Part shown: positions 1 to 12,900 of the stretch, piece after piece | How positions within the stretch are numbered: the stretch's first letter is position 1 | How the letters are laid out: each line of letters opens with the position of its first letter | Source of the DNA: Chrysomallon squamiferum | Taxonomy: Eukaryota > Animalia > Mollusca | Reading direction: 5' to 3' | Assembly: GCA_012295275.1 (NCBI GenBank) | Contig: CM022670.1 | Coordinates: 29,450,001 to 29,514,000, forward strand | Length of the DNA stretch: 64,000 nucleotides | Made by a program: the position numbers and the translations under genes | Notes under the pieces: generated by a model | Told to the model about the DNA's origin: nothing | Seen by the model: the letters and a program-made list of their open reading frames with translations, nothing else | Databases searched by the model: none

Positions 1-302
1 GAAGGAAATAAAGGGATTTATAATTCAGCATACTTTTTATCATTCTCTCAGACAAATGGGTAAGAACTGGAGCATACTGGAGCATTCTGGGGCCAGTTCT
101 GGTTTGATGCATGTTTTAAGTAATTCATGATCTCAGAAAACTCGTTATACTACCAAACACAGTCAACTCTAAAATCAGTTATAAAGAGCCAACAGAACAT
201 ACTACTCGTATATTATTAGCTATTCTTATCGTAACACAGAAGTATCATATGTCGAATAACGTTAGTTAAACTAACAGTTTTATATATAGCATAGAAGTAT
301 CA

Positions 303-722
303 TACTTGTCTAATAGTAGGTAATATTATACTTGTCTAATACTAGATAATCTTATACTTGTGTAATACTAGATACTCTAATAGTTGTCTAATACTAGGTA
401 ATCTAATACTTGTCTAATACTAGATAACTTGATACCGGTCTAATACTAGCTAATTTAATTCTAATTCAATTATAGACACATTTAAAATAATACAAGGTAA
501 CCTAATACTTGTCTAATACTAGGTAATCTAATACTTGTCTAATACAAGATAATCTGATACTTGTCTAATACTAGATAACTGGACCTTGTCTAAAGCCAGG
601 TACTTTAGTACTTGTCTAATACTAGGTAATCTAATACTTGTCTAATACTAGGTAATCTAATACTTGTCTAATACTTGTCAAATATTAGAAAATTTAATAT
701 TTATTTAATATTAGATAATCTA
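303..722. repeat. ~26-bp minisatellite (TACTTGTCTAATACTAGGTAATCTAA)
   Basis: Many degenerate tandem copies of the unit are directly visible. Confidence 0.85.
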
Positions 723-886
723 ATTATTTTATTAGTCAGTTTTTTAACAGTATACTTCTTACCTTCAGATTTTGTAAATAATACATTTTATTATTCAGTT
801 TACGTTTTAGTACTAAAATAATATTTACTCATACTATTGCAACAGCTGTTGCTTCTGTCGTTGTTACTATTACTGATACAAAGTAT

Positions 887-932
<46 letters not shown>

Positions 933-1339
933 TGATGATGATGATTATACAACAACAATAATAATGATGATGATGATAATGATGATAATAAAACAATAAC
1001 AACAACAATAATAATACTAATAAAATAATAATGTAAACAGAAATGTTTTCGGTAATTCATAGACGTCTGAGGACTGACAAGCAGAGAACAAACACAGATG
1101 CTTGATCCTTTCGTCACGTTGATTCGTTTGTATAAATTATAAATAAATAAATAAATAAATAAAAGCATCTTAGAAAAACTGTCGAGATGTCTTTTAAATT
1201 CTTCAGTCCGAAGTGATGTGCGTTAAAATATATATAATCTTCCTCTATTAATTTCGTCTAAATTCTCATTTTATTATCAAATTATTGCAGCAAACTAGAA
1301 AACGCTTCTGATACGCCGCCGCTAGTTGGTGCAACGAAC

Positions 1340-1925
1340 AATGTAACATCCAATGTATTTTGCCAAATTTCTTTTTTCTGGCCGTGGATCTTAAGAAAGT
1401 GAGTGCAAAGGACAGTGCTGAGAAGAAGAAGCAGATGATGTCCATTGAATTAAAGCTCGAATTCATAAAAAAATATGAACGAGGTGTGCATATAGCCGAC
1501 TTGGCTAGGCAGTATGAGCATATGTACCATACTGAAATTGAAGGAATCAGTAAAGGCTGTAACTCAAACCAAAGGCAAAAAATAATTTGTCTGATGTCCA
1601 AGATAAATACACTTTACAAAACCAATTTATTTCTTTACATTCTCTTTTATTTAGTTTTTTGCAATATTTGTCATTTATAAATACAGTTTTCTTATTTAAA
1701 AATACATTACCAAATAATAAAAAAAAATAATAATAATAAAAAAAAATAATAATAAAATAAAATAAAAAAAATAAAAAATAAAAATGGGGTGATTTTTGGG
1801 GGCTGGAACGGATTAATGGTATCTCAATTAATTTCAGTTGGGAAAATTAATTTGATATAAGAACAAACTGAGATACGAGCTCGGTCACGGAATGAATTAA
1901 ACTTGTAAGTCAAGGTACAACTGTA
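1340..1925 (+). mobile_element. Tigger/pogo-type DNA transposon remnant (internally deleted)
   Basis: ORF 1360-1680 contains KKVSAKDSAEKKKQMMSIELKLEFIKKYERGVHIADLARQYE, a CENP-B/Tigger N-terminal HTH-like sequence. It ends in a TIR-like CTTGTAAGTCAAGGTACAACTG followed by TA (1902-1925). The left boundary is approximate. Confidence 0.75.
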
Positions 1926-2036
1926 ACTTTATTTATTTATTTTTTTAATTATTTTTTAAATTTGGTTTACACATTTCATCTTAATTTTTTTTGATATAAT
2001 TTCAGGTGAATGCAAACTTTCTGAAAATTAACAGTG

Positions 2037-4776
2037 ATGATCAACATTCTGCTTGTGACAGGTAAACTGTTATTCATATGTATAGGTTATTCGAACTTAA
2101 TGTACGAACTGGACATAGCTTTTCAGTGTATATTGGTGTGAAGCAGTGTTTCACCACAATCCTAAGGATGTGGTATGTATTACACTTTCGACTGTACGTC
2201 GAAAGCATGGCATATTGAAAGTCGATAAATGATTTCCCCTTCCTAATGATTACCCTAAACATCTTTACATCCACAATATCATAACCGTCTGTAGAGAATA
2301 AATTGTGGTGTGTCAAATATTAATTGAATCATATAGATACACATACATACTTATTTATGTATGTATGCATATATGTAGGTATATGTATGTATGTATGTAT
2401 GTATGTATGAATGTACGTATATATCTACGTGTGTATGTGTGCATGTGTATGTGTTTGTGTCTGTATGTATATATACAGTATGTACGTCTGTAGTATGTAC
2501 GTCTGATTAAATTTTGCTCGTGGACAATATTCGTGAAAACACTAACATAGGACAACAGATCCAATCACAACATAAAAAACCGCATAAAATGCCGCCGAGG
2601 AGACTCATTCGCACGCCCTCAAGACAAACCTACATACATGCATACATTCCAACTATTCTATCCTAAATGTGAGATGCATCCGTATGAAAAGATTCCTTCT
2701 TTTATGGAATATATTAATTAATCATATTTAAACATTTCAGTCTTTGCGGCAGTCACAGTCGGTGTGGTACATGCTGGACGTATTGTAGATGCCAACAAAC
2801 TCTACAAGGCGGAAAGCCAAAATAAATGGCTAACCAAACGAACCCCGTCATTTCAAGGAATGCTTGGGCTTTCCAGTGACATTAAGTTAAAACCAGAGGA
2901 AGAGACTTTTCAGACTGTGCATGGTTCTGTTCAGCGCAAATTTAAAGAGGTATTTAAAGGGCTGGATGTACTCGGTGGGACTGTCGAGGCAGACGTTGAC
3001 GAAAATGGTGAGTACCAAGGAGGTTTAATCGGCGGTACGATTGTTCTGGATATCGCTAGTGATGTACCAAACATTTATTGCAAGTATTCAAGAACAAAGG
3101 CAATCGCGAGAGTACTCGAGGAAGAAGGCCTACAGCAGTCAGATATTATTAATGTCAAAGTAAAGCCACGTCAAATATTCACCGATGATAAGAACAAAGC
3201 ACATCTGGCCATTAAAGTGGAAATGCTAGCTGACACTGGGACTGAACTACGAAAACCTCATTATTACATAGATATGTGTACTGAGAAAATACTTAAACAT
3301 TTCAACAAAATAACGACTGTAACTAAATCGTTCACAGAATCAACACCGACAACATTTACTGGAGCAAACAAAGCTGAAATAAGTTCTACTGGATCAAGTT
3401 CAACTGAAACAGCTTCTACTGGTTCAAGTTTAATAGTTTCCAGTACAACTGTAGGCACTACGTCTGGCGATACCCAAACAACGGTACAGAATACCAATAT
3501 GGCAACACAGTTTCCTCTGACAACTGTCAAACCTGAAGAATGCAGTATTGGAGCCGGAGTTGGTGGTAATGCGAAAACTGGTAAATATAGTTATGGAATA
3601 CCACCACGATGCCTCACTCCTAAAGTAATGGGTACCAAATGCTTTATGGAGAATAAATATGTTGTTGTGTTTGATGCGAAGCAAACTAATAACACAGAAC
3701 GTATGAAAGTCATAGAATTCGAATGCTCAAAAGGATATAGTGATGCAATAAATGACGCTTACGGACCTGCTAATGATGCTTTCTTCCATGGCACAATCAC
3801 CCAGAGGATGCTGAATGAATGGTACCAACTGAATCCATTGTGGAAACCTTCATTAATTGTCCATTATGGTAGACATATAGAAGATGCCGTTTGGAATTTT
3901 CCTTCTGTTCTGCTTGGAGATGGGTATAGTGATCATTATCCTTTCGTCAATTTGGACACTATTGCACATGAAATAGGTCATGGGGTTACTGAAGTATATA
4001 GCGGTTTAGAATATTCCGAACAATCTGGAGGTATGGATGAAGCTTTCTCTGATATTATGGGAGAAACAGCTGAAAGTTTTTTGTTCAACTATCTGAATAA
4101 TTCTAAATCAGATAACGACTGGTTGAGTGGAATGCAGGATACAAAAGATAAGAATGTACCTTTACGATATTTCGATAAGCCATCGCGTGACGGTTCTTCC
4201 ATCGACAAAGCAAGCGAATACACGAAAAATCTTGATGTTCATCTTAGCTGTGGGGTTTATAACAGAGCCTTCTATCAAATCTCCAAGATTTACAAAGTTG
4301 CCATTAGATATGCGTTCGAGGCATTTCTGACTGCTAATCGAATATACTGGAAGACGAACTCCAACTTTGTTAATGGCGCCTGTGGGGTGATGAGAGCTGC
4401 TTACGGACTAGGTCTGGACGTAGACTCATTCAAGAAAGGTTTTGCTGCTGTAGAAATTGAAACTTGCATCATGAATGATTATTTGCAGATGTTGACACCT
4501 GATCAGCCACGTAAAAGCATCAAAGTATCCAGTATCAGGCAGCCTGTGTTTGGAATTAGTCTGAAGGCTAGTACTTCTTCAGTAACCGTAACCGCTAGCG
4601 ATAAGAAAATCAAACTGGCGATTTCTACTACTTGGTCCAGAGATTCTCCTGCAGCCACTGGTCAAGGTTCTGTAACATGGTCAACTGGTGGAAAAACGGG
4701 CACAATTTATGTCAGGCTGTTCACGGATGATGAGAAAGAGATAATTCTGTCGCAGCTGACGTTGTCTGTTCAGTAA
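2037..4776 (+). CDS. Secreted M4 (thermolysin/LasB/vibriolysin-like) zinc metalloprotease, copy 1; coding exons 2037-2061 and 2741-4776
   Basis: The GT-AG phase-1 intron 2062-2740 joins MINILLVT|VFAAVTVGVVHA (signal peptide). A propeptide and short S/T linker follow, then GGNAKTGKYSYG, HEIGH (HExxH), GGMDEAFSD (third Zn ligand), DVHLSCGVYNRAFY, ANRIYW...GACGV and a ~100-aa beta-rich C-terminal extension. AATAAA lies at ~4796. Confidence 0.93.
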
Positions 4777-4901
4777 AATACTAAAATTCGGATATAATAA
4801 AGACATGTCTCTCTATATATTCATACTTGTATTTTCATTTTAGATTATTAAACATTTTACAGCATATATTTACAGTGTAAATCTATGTTGACATCTACTT
4901 G

Positions 4902-4943
<42 letters not shown>

Positions 4944-5059
4944 TATTATTATTATTATTAGACGACATTTAATTGTGGTAAAGAATGTTTATAACGTGAA
5001 TCTTATTATATAATAAATATAAAACAGCCTTGAACGGCAGAAATAAAATATCTTCCGAT

Positions 5060-5410
5060 AATTATGAAATGTGCACAATGCCGCAGCTCGTGCTAAAACT
5101 TACTTTAAAACTCCTGAAAAATGATACAAAATATTTGATGAAAATGAACCTGTTACTACGGTTAATTAGAAACAAAATACGGACACGCAAGAAACAACAG
5201 TTATAGAATTGCAATGCTCAAAAGGATAGACGATTCCAATAAAGCGTACAGTCGTTCTAACGATCCTTTCTTCCAGATACTGTCAGCCAGAGGATGATTA
5301 ATAAATGTTAAAGAATGAATCCACTGAATAAAACTTCACTACTTATTCATTATGTTAGAATCTAGAAGAATGTCTTTTGGTCGTGTTCTTCTGTTATATG
5401 TGGAAATAGA
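5060..5410 (+). pseudogene. Decayed fragment of a third M4 protease copy
   Basis: Nucleotide similarity to the catalytic-domain code (GTTATAGAATTGCAATGCTCAAAAGGATA vs GTCATAGAATTCGAATGCTCAAAAGGATA; CCAGAGGATG; AATCCACTGAATAAAACTTCACT), with stops and indels. Confidence 0.8.
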
Positions 5411-6983
5411 ATTAGTATTATTAGTATTTATTTATTAAAGGAAATATGACTTAATTAATATAACTATCTATTTAACTCATTCCTCCCAAAATCAGTTTTG
5501 ATCGATGATTCAGTATTCACATTTGCTTACTTTGCAAGAGAGAGGGAGAGATTTATGAACAATTACTGAGACAAAAAGAATAGCAGATAAATAGAAGGAA
5601 ATAATTAGGCATTGACTTACCGTATGAAGCAAAATCTAGAACGTCTTCGAAATAGCAATACATGAAAAAAAAGAAACCATCCTTTTTTTCTCTGCAAAAA
5701 TGTTCTGTTTAAATAAACGCACTCAAAAATATATTTCATTTCGAAAAATTACAACGTTAATTGATCATATATATTGACCCCAAACTAAGGATTTTGTAAT
5801 TTATATCGTGCATACTGTTCTGTGAGGCAACCCTTTTATTACAAATTTATGGCGATAGTTAATGGCTACGTTTTCAATTTGATATGAATAGCTATTTAGT
5901 TATTAAGCGATGTAATGAAAAAGGTTACACTGAACATTAAAATTAATTTCCTGTATATCAGAGATAGTATCGCAAAATCAACACCAGTAAGTAAATTCAG
6001 TTATAAACAAAATTTACAATATGACTGAGAAGGAGCTGCACCACTGACAACGTCCGGACTCTGTCTGTGTAAAATCCTGTTAATAAAATACATATTGAAC
6101 GAAAACAGTATGACATAAACGTTATAGATAGTAATTCCCAGTAATTCCCTTTCTTTGCAACAGTTAATAAAAATGAACTCATCAATTTTTTTTTTATCAT
6201 AATTAATTTATGTATTATGTAGTTTTTAATAATTAATTAAACAACATGGCTGATATGTATCATTTCCTTTATTGAAATATATTGATATTTATCCATGCTC
6301 AAAAGATATATAAACAAATTTACTTTTCATTTACGAAACATCAGAATAGCATCATCATCATTGTCTTGGTAAGTAGACAATTTATTACTATACTTTTCTG
6401 TCGATGTCAGATTATAACTAAATTCAAATTAAAACTACAGAACATTTGTTTCATGCTTGTTATTTACATGGTTGATGTTAATGATTTGTGAATATGTTTT
6501 AAACGACAATTTTATTATGAATACTGATAGTAATGGTTCCAATTAAAAATAAAAATAAAAAATATATATAAAGAGAAAACTAATAATAGTTTTTCTGGTC
6601 AAGTAATATATATCTAAGCATTAATTTTTATAAATATTTATAATCTATAAGCACAGAAATTATCTCGTTCATTCGAACCCTTTTCTCGTTTGCTTTAACC
6701 TGACAATCCGGGTAAACTACTTTGTACCCGTTTAACAAAGGTACGCAATTTATGTTTCTTTTATTCAGTTGTTGAAGACATTTGTAGAAACCTAACTATA
6801 ATGTATGTTAATCAAAGATAGTATACATACCTTCTATATTTGGAATTATATAAATATTTGTAATTGGGATTTATTTATTTTAAAACCCAGTCTAAACATT
6901 AAATGTAATTCTAAATTATATCGTCCTTTTATGAACATTTTGTGCAGATTTTCAGGTGCATGAAAGCTTTCTGATAATTAAAA

Positions 6984-9900
6984 ATGGCGATCAATGCTTT
7001 GCTGTTAACAGGTAAAATTATTAGTTTTATATATATAGGCTATTCGAATTAAATGTGTCAAGGAGACAAAGCTATGCAGGATATAATGTTGCTGTTCAGT
7101 GTACTAATAAGGTTTACTTCCATCTGAACCTCAAACTCTTTGGTGTATGTTATTCTAAAAACACAATACATGAAAGGATTTCGTTAAAATTCACATGTAC
7201 TAATCTGTACCTAAAAAACATTTTCATGTGTCGTCAAGCATTAATCCATTTAGATTTACGTATGTACACAGTAGATATACACACACACATTCCACATTCA
7301 CATGTACTTACATTCGTACGATTGTGTCCTAAATGTGAGATGCAACTGTTTGAAAAGATTCCTTTTTTAATGGATATTACTACTTCGTTAATATATTTAA
7401 ACATTTCAGTTTTTGCGGCAGTCACAGTCGGTGTGGTACATGCTGGACGTATTGTAGATGCCAACAAACTCTACAAGGCTGAAAGCCAAAATAGATGGCT
7501 GACCAAACGAACCCCGTCATTTCAAGAAATGCTAGGGCTTTCCAGTGACATTAAATTAAAACCAGAGGAAGAGACTTTTCAGACTGTGCATGGTTCTGTT
7601 CAGCGCAAATTTAAAGAGGTATTTAAAGGGCTGGATGTACTCGGTGGGACTGTCGAGGCAGACGTTGACGAAAATGGTGAGTACCAAGGAGGTTTGATAG
7701 GCGGTACGATTGTTCTGGATATCGCCCGTGATGTACCAAACATTTATTGCAAGTATTCAAGAACAAAGGCAATCGCGAGAGTACTCGAGGAAGAAGGCCT
7801 ACAGCAGTCAGATATTATTAATGTCAAAGTAAAGCCACGTCAAATATTCACCGATGATAAGAACAAAGCACATCTGGTCATTAAAGTGGAAATGCTAGCT
7901 GACACTGGAACTGAACTACGAGAACCTCATTACTACATAGACATGTGTACTGAGGAAATACTGAAGCATTTCAACACAATCACAGGATCAGCTTCGACTG
8001 CATTTACCATAGTAGGCGATACTGAACCAAGTTCGACAGGATCAAATTCAACTGAAGTAAGTTCAGTTGAGAAACGTTCCTCTGGATCAAGTTCATATCG
8101 CTCAAGTTCATCTGGATCAAGTTCAAATGAAGCAAGTGTATCTGGCTCAATTTCCACTAAAGCAAGTTCAAATGAAACAAATTCATCTGGATCAAGTTCA
8201 TCTGGATCAAGTTCAAATGAAGCAGGTTCATCTAGCTCAAGTTCAACTAAAGCAAGTTCAAGTGAAACAAGTTCATCTGGATCAAGTTCAACTAAAGCAA
8301 GTTCAACTGAAACAGGTTCGTCTGGATCAAGTTCATCTGGATCAAGTTCAACTAAAGCAAGTTCATCTGGATCAAGTTCATCTGAATTAAGTTCATCTGG
8401 CTCAAGTTCAGCTGAAACAAGTACTTCTGGTTCAAGTTCAGCTGAAACAAGTACTTCTGGTTCAAGTTCAGTTCAAACAAGTTCATCTGAATCAAGTTCA
8501 ACAGGTTCAAGATCAGCTGAAACATGTTCAACTGATGCAAGTTCATCTGGATCAGGTTCGACTGAAGCAAATTCAATTGAAAAAAGTTCCTCTGTATCAA
8601 GTTCAGCTGAAGCTATTTCAACCGAAACAGGTTCATCTGGATCAAGTTCAACTGAAGCAAATTCAATTGAATCAAGTTTATCTGGATCAAGTTCATCTGG
8701 ATCAAGTTCAAATGAAGCAGGTTCATCTAGCTCAAGTTCAACTAAAGCAAGTTCAACTGAAACAGGTTCGTCTGGATCAAGTTCATCTGGATCAAGTTCA
8801 ATTGAAGCAAGTTCATTTGGATCAGGTTCGACTGAAGCAAGTTCACCTGATACAAGTTCATCTGGCTCAAGATCAACTGAAGCAATTTCAGTTGATACAA
8901 GTTCACCTGGATCAACTTCGACTGAAGCAAATTCAATTGAAACAGGCTCATCTGGATCAAGTTCCACTGAAGCGAATTCAATTGAAACAAGTTCCTCTGC
9001 ATTACGTTCATCTACATTAAGTTCTTCCGGATCCACTCTAACTGAAACAAGTTCATCTGGATCAAGTTCAACTAAAGCAAGTTCAACTGAAACAGGTTCG
9101 TCTGGATCAAGTTCAACTAAAGCAAGTTCATCTGGATCAAGTTCATCTGAATTAAGTTCATCTGGCTCAAGTTCAGCTGAAACAAGTACTTCTGGTTCAA
9201 GTTCAGCTGAAACAAGTACTTCTGGTTCAAGTTCAGTTCAAACAAGTTCATCTGAATCAAGTTCAACAGGTTCAAGATCAGCTGAAACATGTTCAACTGA
9301 TGCAAGTTCATCTGGATCAGGTTCGACTGAAGCAAATTCAATTGAAAAAAGTTCCTCAGTATCAAGTTCAGCTGAAGCAATTTCAACCGAAACAGGTTCA
9401 TCTGGATCAAGTTCAACTGAAGCAAATTCAATTGAATCAAGTTCATCTGGATCAAGTTCAACTGAAGCAAGTTCATCTGGATCAAATTCGATTGAAGCAA
9501 ATTCAACTGAAACAAGTTCATCTCGATCAAGTTCGACTGAAGCAAATTCAATTGAAAAAAGTTCCTCTGTATCAAGTTCAGCTGAAGCGATTTCAACCGA
9601 AACAGGTTCATCTGGATCAAGTTCAACTGAAGCAAATTCAATTGAATCAAGTTTATCTGGATCAAGTTCAAATGAAGCAGGTTCATCTAGCTCAAGTTCA
9701 ACTAAAGCAAGTTCAACTGAAACAGGTTCGTCTGGATCAAGTTCATCTGGATCAAGTTCAACTAAAGCAAGTTCATCTGGATCAAGTTCATCTGAATTAA
9801 GTTCATCTGGCTCAAGTTCAGCTGAAACAAGTACTTCTGGTTCAAGTTCAGCTGAAACAAGTACTTCTGGTTCAAGTTCAGTTCAAACAAGTTCATCTGA

Positions 9901-12900
9901 ATCAAGTTCAACAGGTTCAAGATCAGCTGAAACATGTTCAACTGATGCAAGTTCATCTGGATCAGGTTCGACTGAAGCAAATTCAATTGAAAAAAGTTCC
10001 TCTGTATCAAGTTCAGCTGAAGCAATTTCAACCGAAACAGGTTCATCTGGATCAAGTTCAACTGAAGCAAATTCAATTGAATCAAGTTCATCTGGATCAA
10101 GTTCAACTGAAGTAAGTTCAACTGGATCAAATTCGATTGAAGCAAATTCAACTGAAACAAGTTCATCTCGATCAAGTTCGACTGAAGCAAATTCAATTGA
10201 AAAAAGTTCCTCTGTATCAAGTTCAGCTGAAGCGATTTCAACCGAAACAGGTTCATCTGGATCAAGTTCAACTGAAGCAAATTCAATTGAATCAAGTTTA
10301 TCTGGATCAAGTTCAAATGAAGCAGGTTCATCTAGCTCAAGTTCAACTAAAGCAAGTTCAACTGAAACAGGTTCGTCTGGATCAAGTTCATCTGGATCAA
10401 GTTCAATTGAAGCAAGTTCATTTGGATCAAGTTCGACTGAAGCAAGTTCACCTGATACAAGTTCATCTGGCTCAAGATCAACTGAAGCAATTTCAATTGA
10501 TACAAGTTCAGCTGGATCAACTTCGACTGAAGCAAATTCAATTGAAACAGGCTCATCTGGATCAAGTTCCACTGAAGCGAATTCAATTGAAACAAGTTCC
10601 TCTGCATTACGTTCATCTACATTAAGTTCTTCCGGATTCTGAAACAAGTTCATCCAAGTTCAACTAAAGCAAGTTCAACTGAAACAGGTTCGTCTGGATC
10701 AAGTTCATCTGGATCAAGTTCAACTAAAGCAAGTTCATCTGGATCAAGTTCATCTGAATTAAGTTCATCTGGCTCAAGTTCAGCTGAAACAAGTACTTCT
10801 GGTTCAAGTTCAGCTGAAACAAGTACTTCTGGTTCAAGTTCAGTTACAACAAGTTCATCTGACTCAAGTTCAACTGGTTCAAGATCAGCTGAAACATTTT
10901 CAACTCCATCCAGTTCAACTGAAGCAAATTCAGTTGAATCAAGTTCATCTGGATCAAGTTCAACTGAAGTAAGTTCATCTGGATCAAATTCGATTGAAGC
11001 AAATTCAACTGAAACAAGTTCATCTCGATCAAGTTCGACTGAAGCAAATTCAATTGAAAAAAGTTCCTCTGGATTACGTTCATCTGCATTAAGTTCTTCC
11101 GGATCCAATCCAACTGAAACAAGTTCATCTGGATCAAGTTCAACTAAAGCAAGTTCAACTGAAACAGGTTCGTCAGGATCAAGTTCAACTGAAGCAAGTT
11201 CATCTGGATCAAGTTCGACTGAAACAAATTCAATTGAAACAAGATCATCTGGATCAAGTTCAACTGAAGCAAGTTCACTTGATACAAGTTCATCTGGCTC
11301 AAGTTCAACTGAAACAAGTATTTCTGGTTCAAGTTCAGTTCAAACAAGTTCAACTGGCTCAAGATCAGCTGAAACATGTTCAACTGATGCAAGTTCATCT
11401 GGATCAGGTTCGACTGAAGCAAATTCAATTGAAACAAGTTCCTCTGTATCAAGTTCAGCAGAAGCAAGTTCAACTGAAACAGGTTCATCTGAATCAAGTT
11501 CGATTGAAGCAAATTCAACTGAAACAAGTTCATCTCGATCAAGTTCAACTGAAGCAAATTCAATTGAAACAAGTTCATCAAGATCACGTTCAACTGAAAC
11601 AACTTCACCAGGATCGCATTCAACTGAAGTAAGTTCACCTGATATAAGCTCATCTGGATCAAGTTCATCTGAATTAAGTTCATCTGGCTCAAGTTCAACT
11701 GAAACAAGTACTTCTGGTTCAAGTTCAGTTCAAACAAGTTCCTCAGTATCAAGTTCAGCTGAAGCAATTTCAACCGAAACAGGTTCATCTGGATCAAGTT
11801 CAACTGAAGCAAATTCAATTGAATCAAGTTCATCTGGATCAAGTTCAACTGAAGTAAGTTCAACTGGATCAAGTTCGACTGAAGCAAATTCAATTGAAAA
11901 AAGTTCCTCTGTATCAAGTTCAGCTGAAGCGATTTCAACCGAAACAGGTTCATCTGGATCAAGTTCAACTGAAGCAAATTCAATTGAATCAAGTTTATCT
12001 GGATCAAGTTCAAATGAAGCAGGTTCATCTAGCTCAAGTTCAACTAAAGCAAGTTCAACTGAAACAGGTTCGTCTGGATCAAGTTCATCTGGATCAAGTT
12101 CAATTGAAGCAAGTTCATTTGGATCAAGTTCGACTGAAGCAAGTTCACCTGATACAAGTTCATCTGGCTCAAGATCAACTGAAGCAATTTCAATTGATAC
12201 AAGTTCAGCTGGATCAACTTCGACTGAAGCAAATTCAATTGAAACAGGCTCATCTGGATCAAGTTCCACTGAAGCGAATTCAATTGAAACAAGTTCCTCT
12301 GCATTACGTTCATCTACATTAAGTTCTTCCGGATCCACTCTAACTGAAACAAGTTCATCTGGATCAAGTTCAACTAAAGCAAGTTCAACTGAAACAGGTT
12401 CGTCTGGATCAAGTTCATCTGGATCAAGTTCAAATAAAGCAAGTTCATCTGGATCAAGTTCATCTGAATTAAGTTCATCTGGCTCAAGTTCAGCTGAAAC
12501 AAGTACTTCTGGTTCAAGTTCAGCTGAAACAAGTACTTCTGGTTCAAGTTCAGTTACAACAAGTTCATCTGACTCAAGTTCAACTGGTTCAAGATCAGCT
12601 GAAACATTTTCAACTCCATCCAGTTCAACTGAAGCAAATTCAGTTGAATCAAGTTCATCTGGATCAAGTTCAACTGAAGTAAGTTCATCTGGATCAAATT
12701 CGATTGAAGCAAATTCAACTGAAACAAGTTCATCTCGATCAAGTTCGACTGAAGCAAATTCAATTGAAAAAAGTTCCTCTGGATTACGTTCATCTGCATT
12801 AAGTTCTTCCGGATCCAATCCAACTGAAACAAGTTCATCTGGATCAAGTTCAACTAAAGCAAGTTCAAGTGAAACAGGTTCGTCAGGATCAAGTTCAACT

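Noticed and set aside
7055-7409. N-terminal 118 aa of the 1195-aa ORF
   Set aside because: This is open-by-chance intron sequence; the acceptor at 7409 and the upstream ATG exon mirror copy 1.
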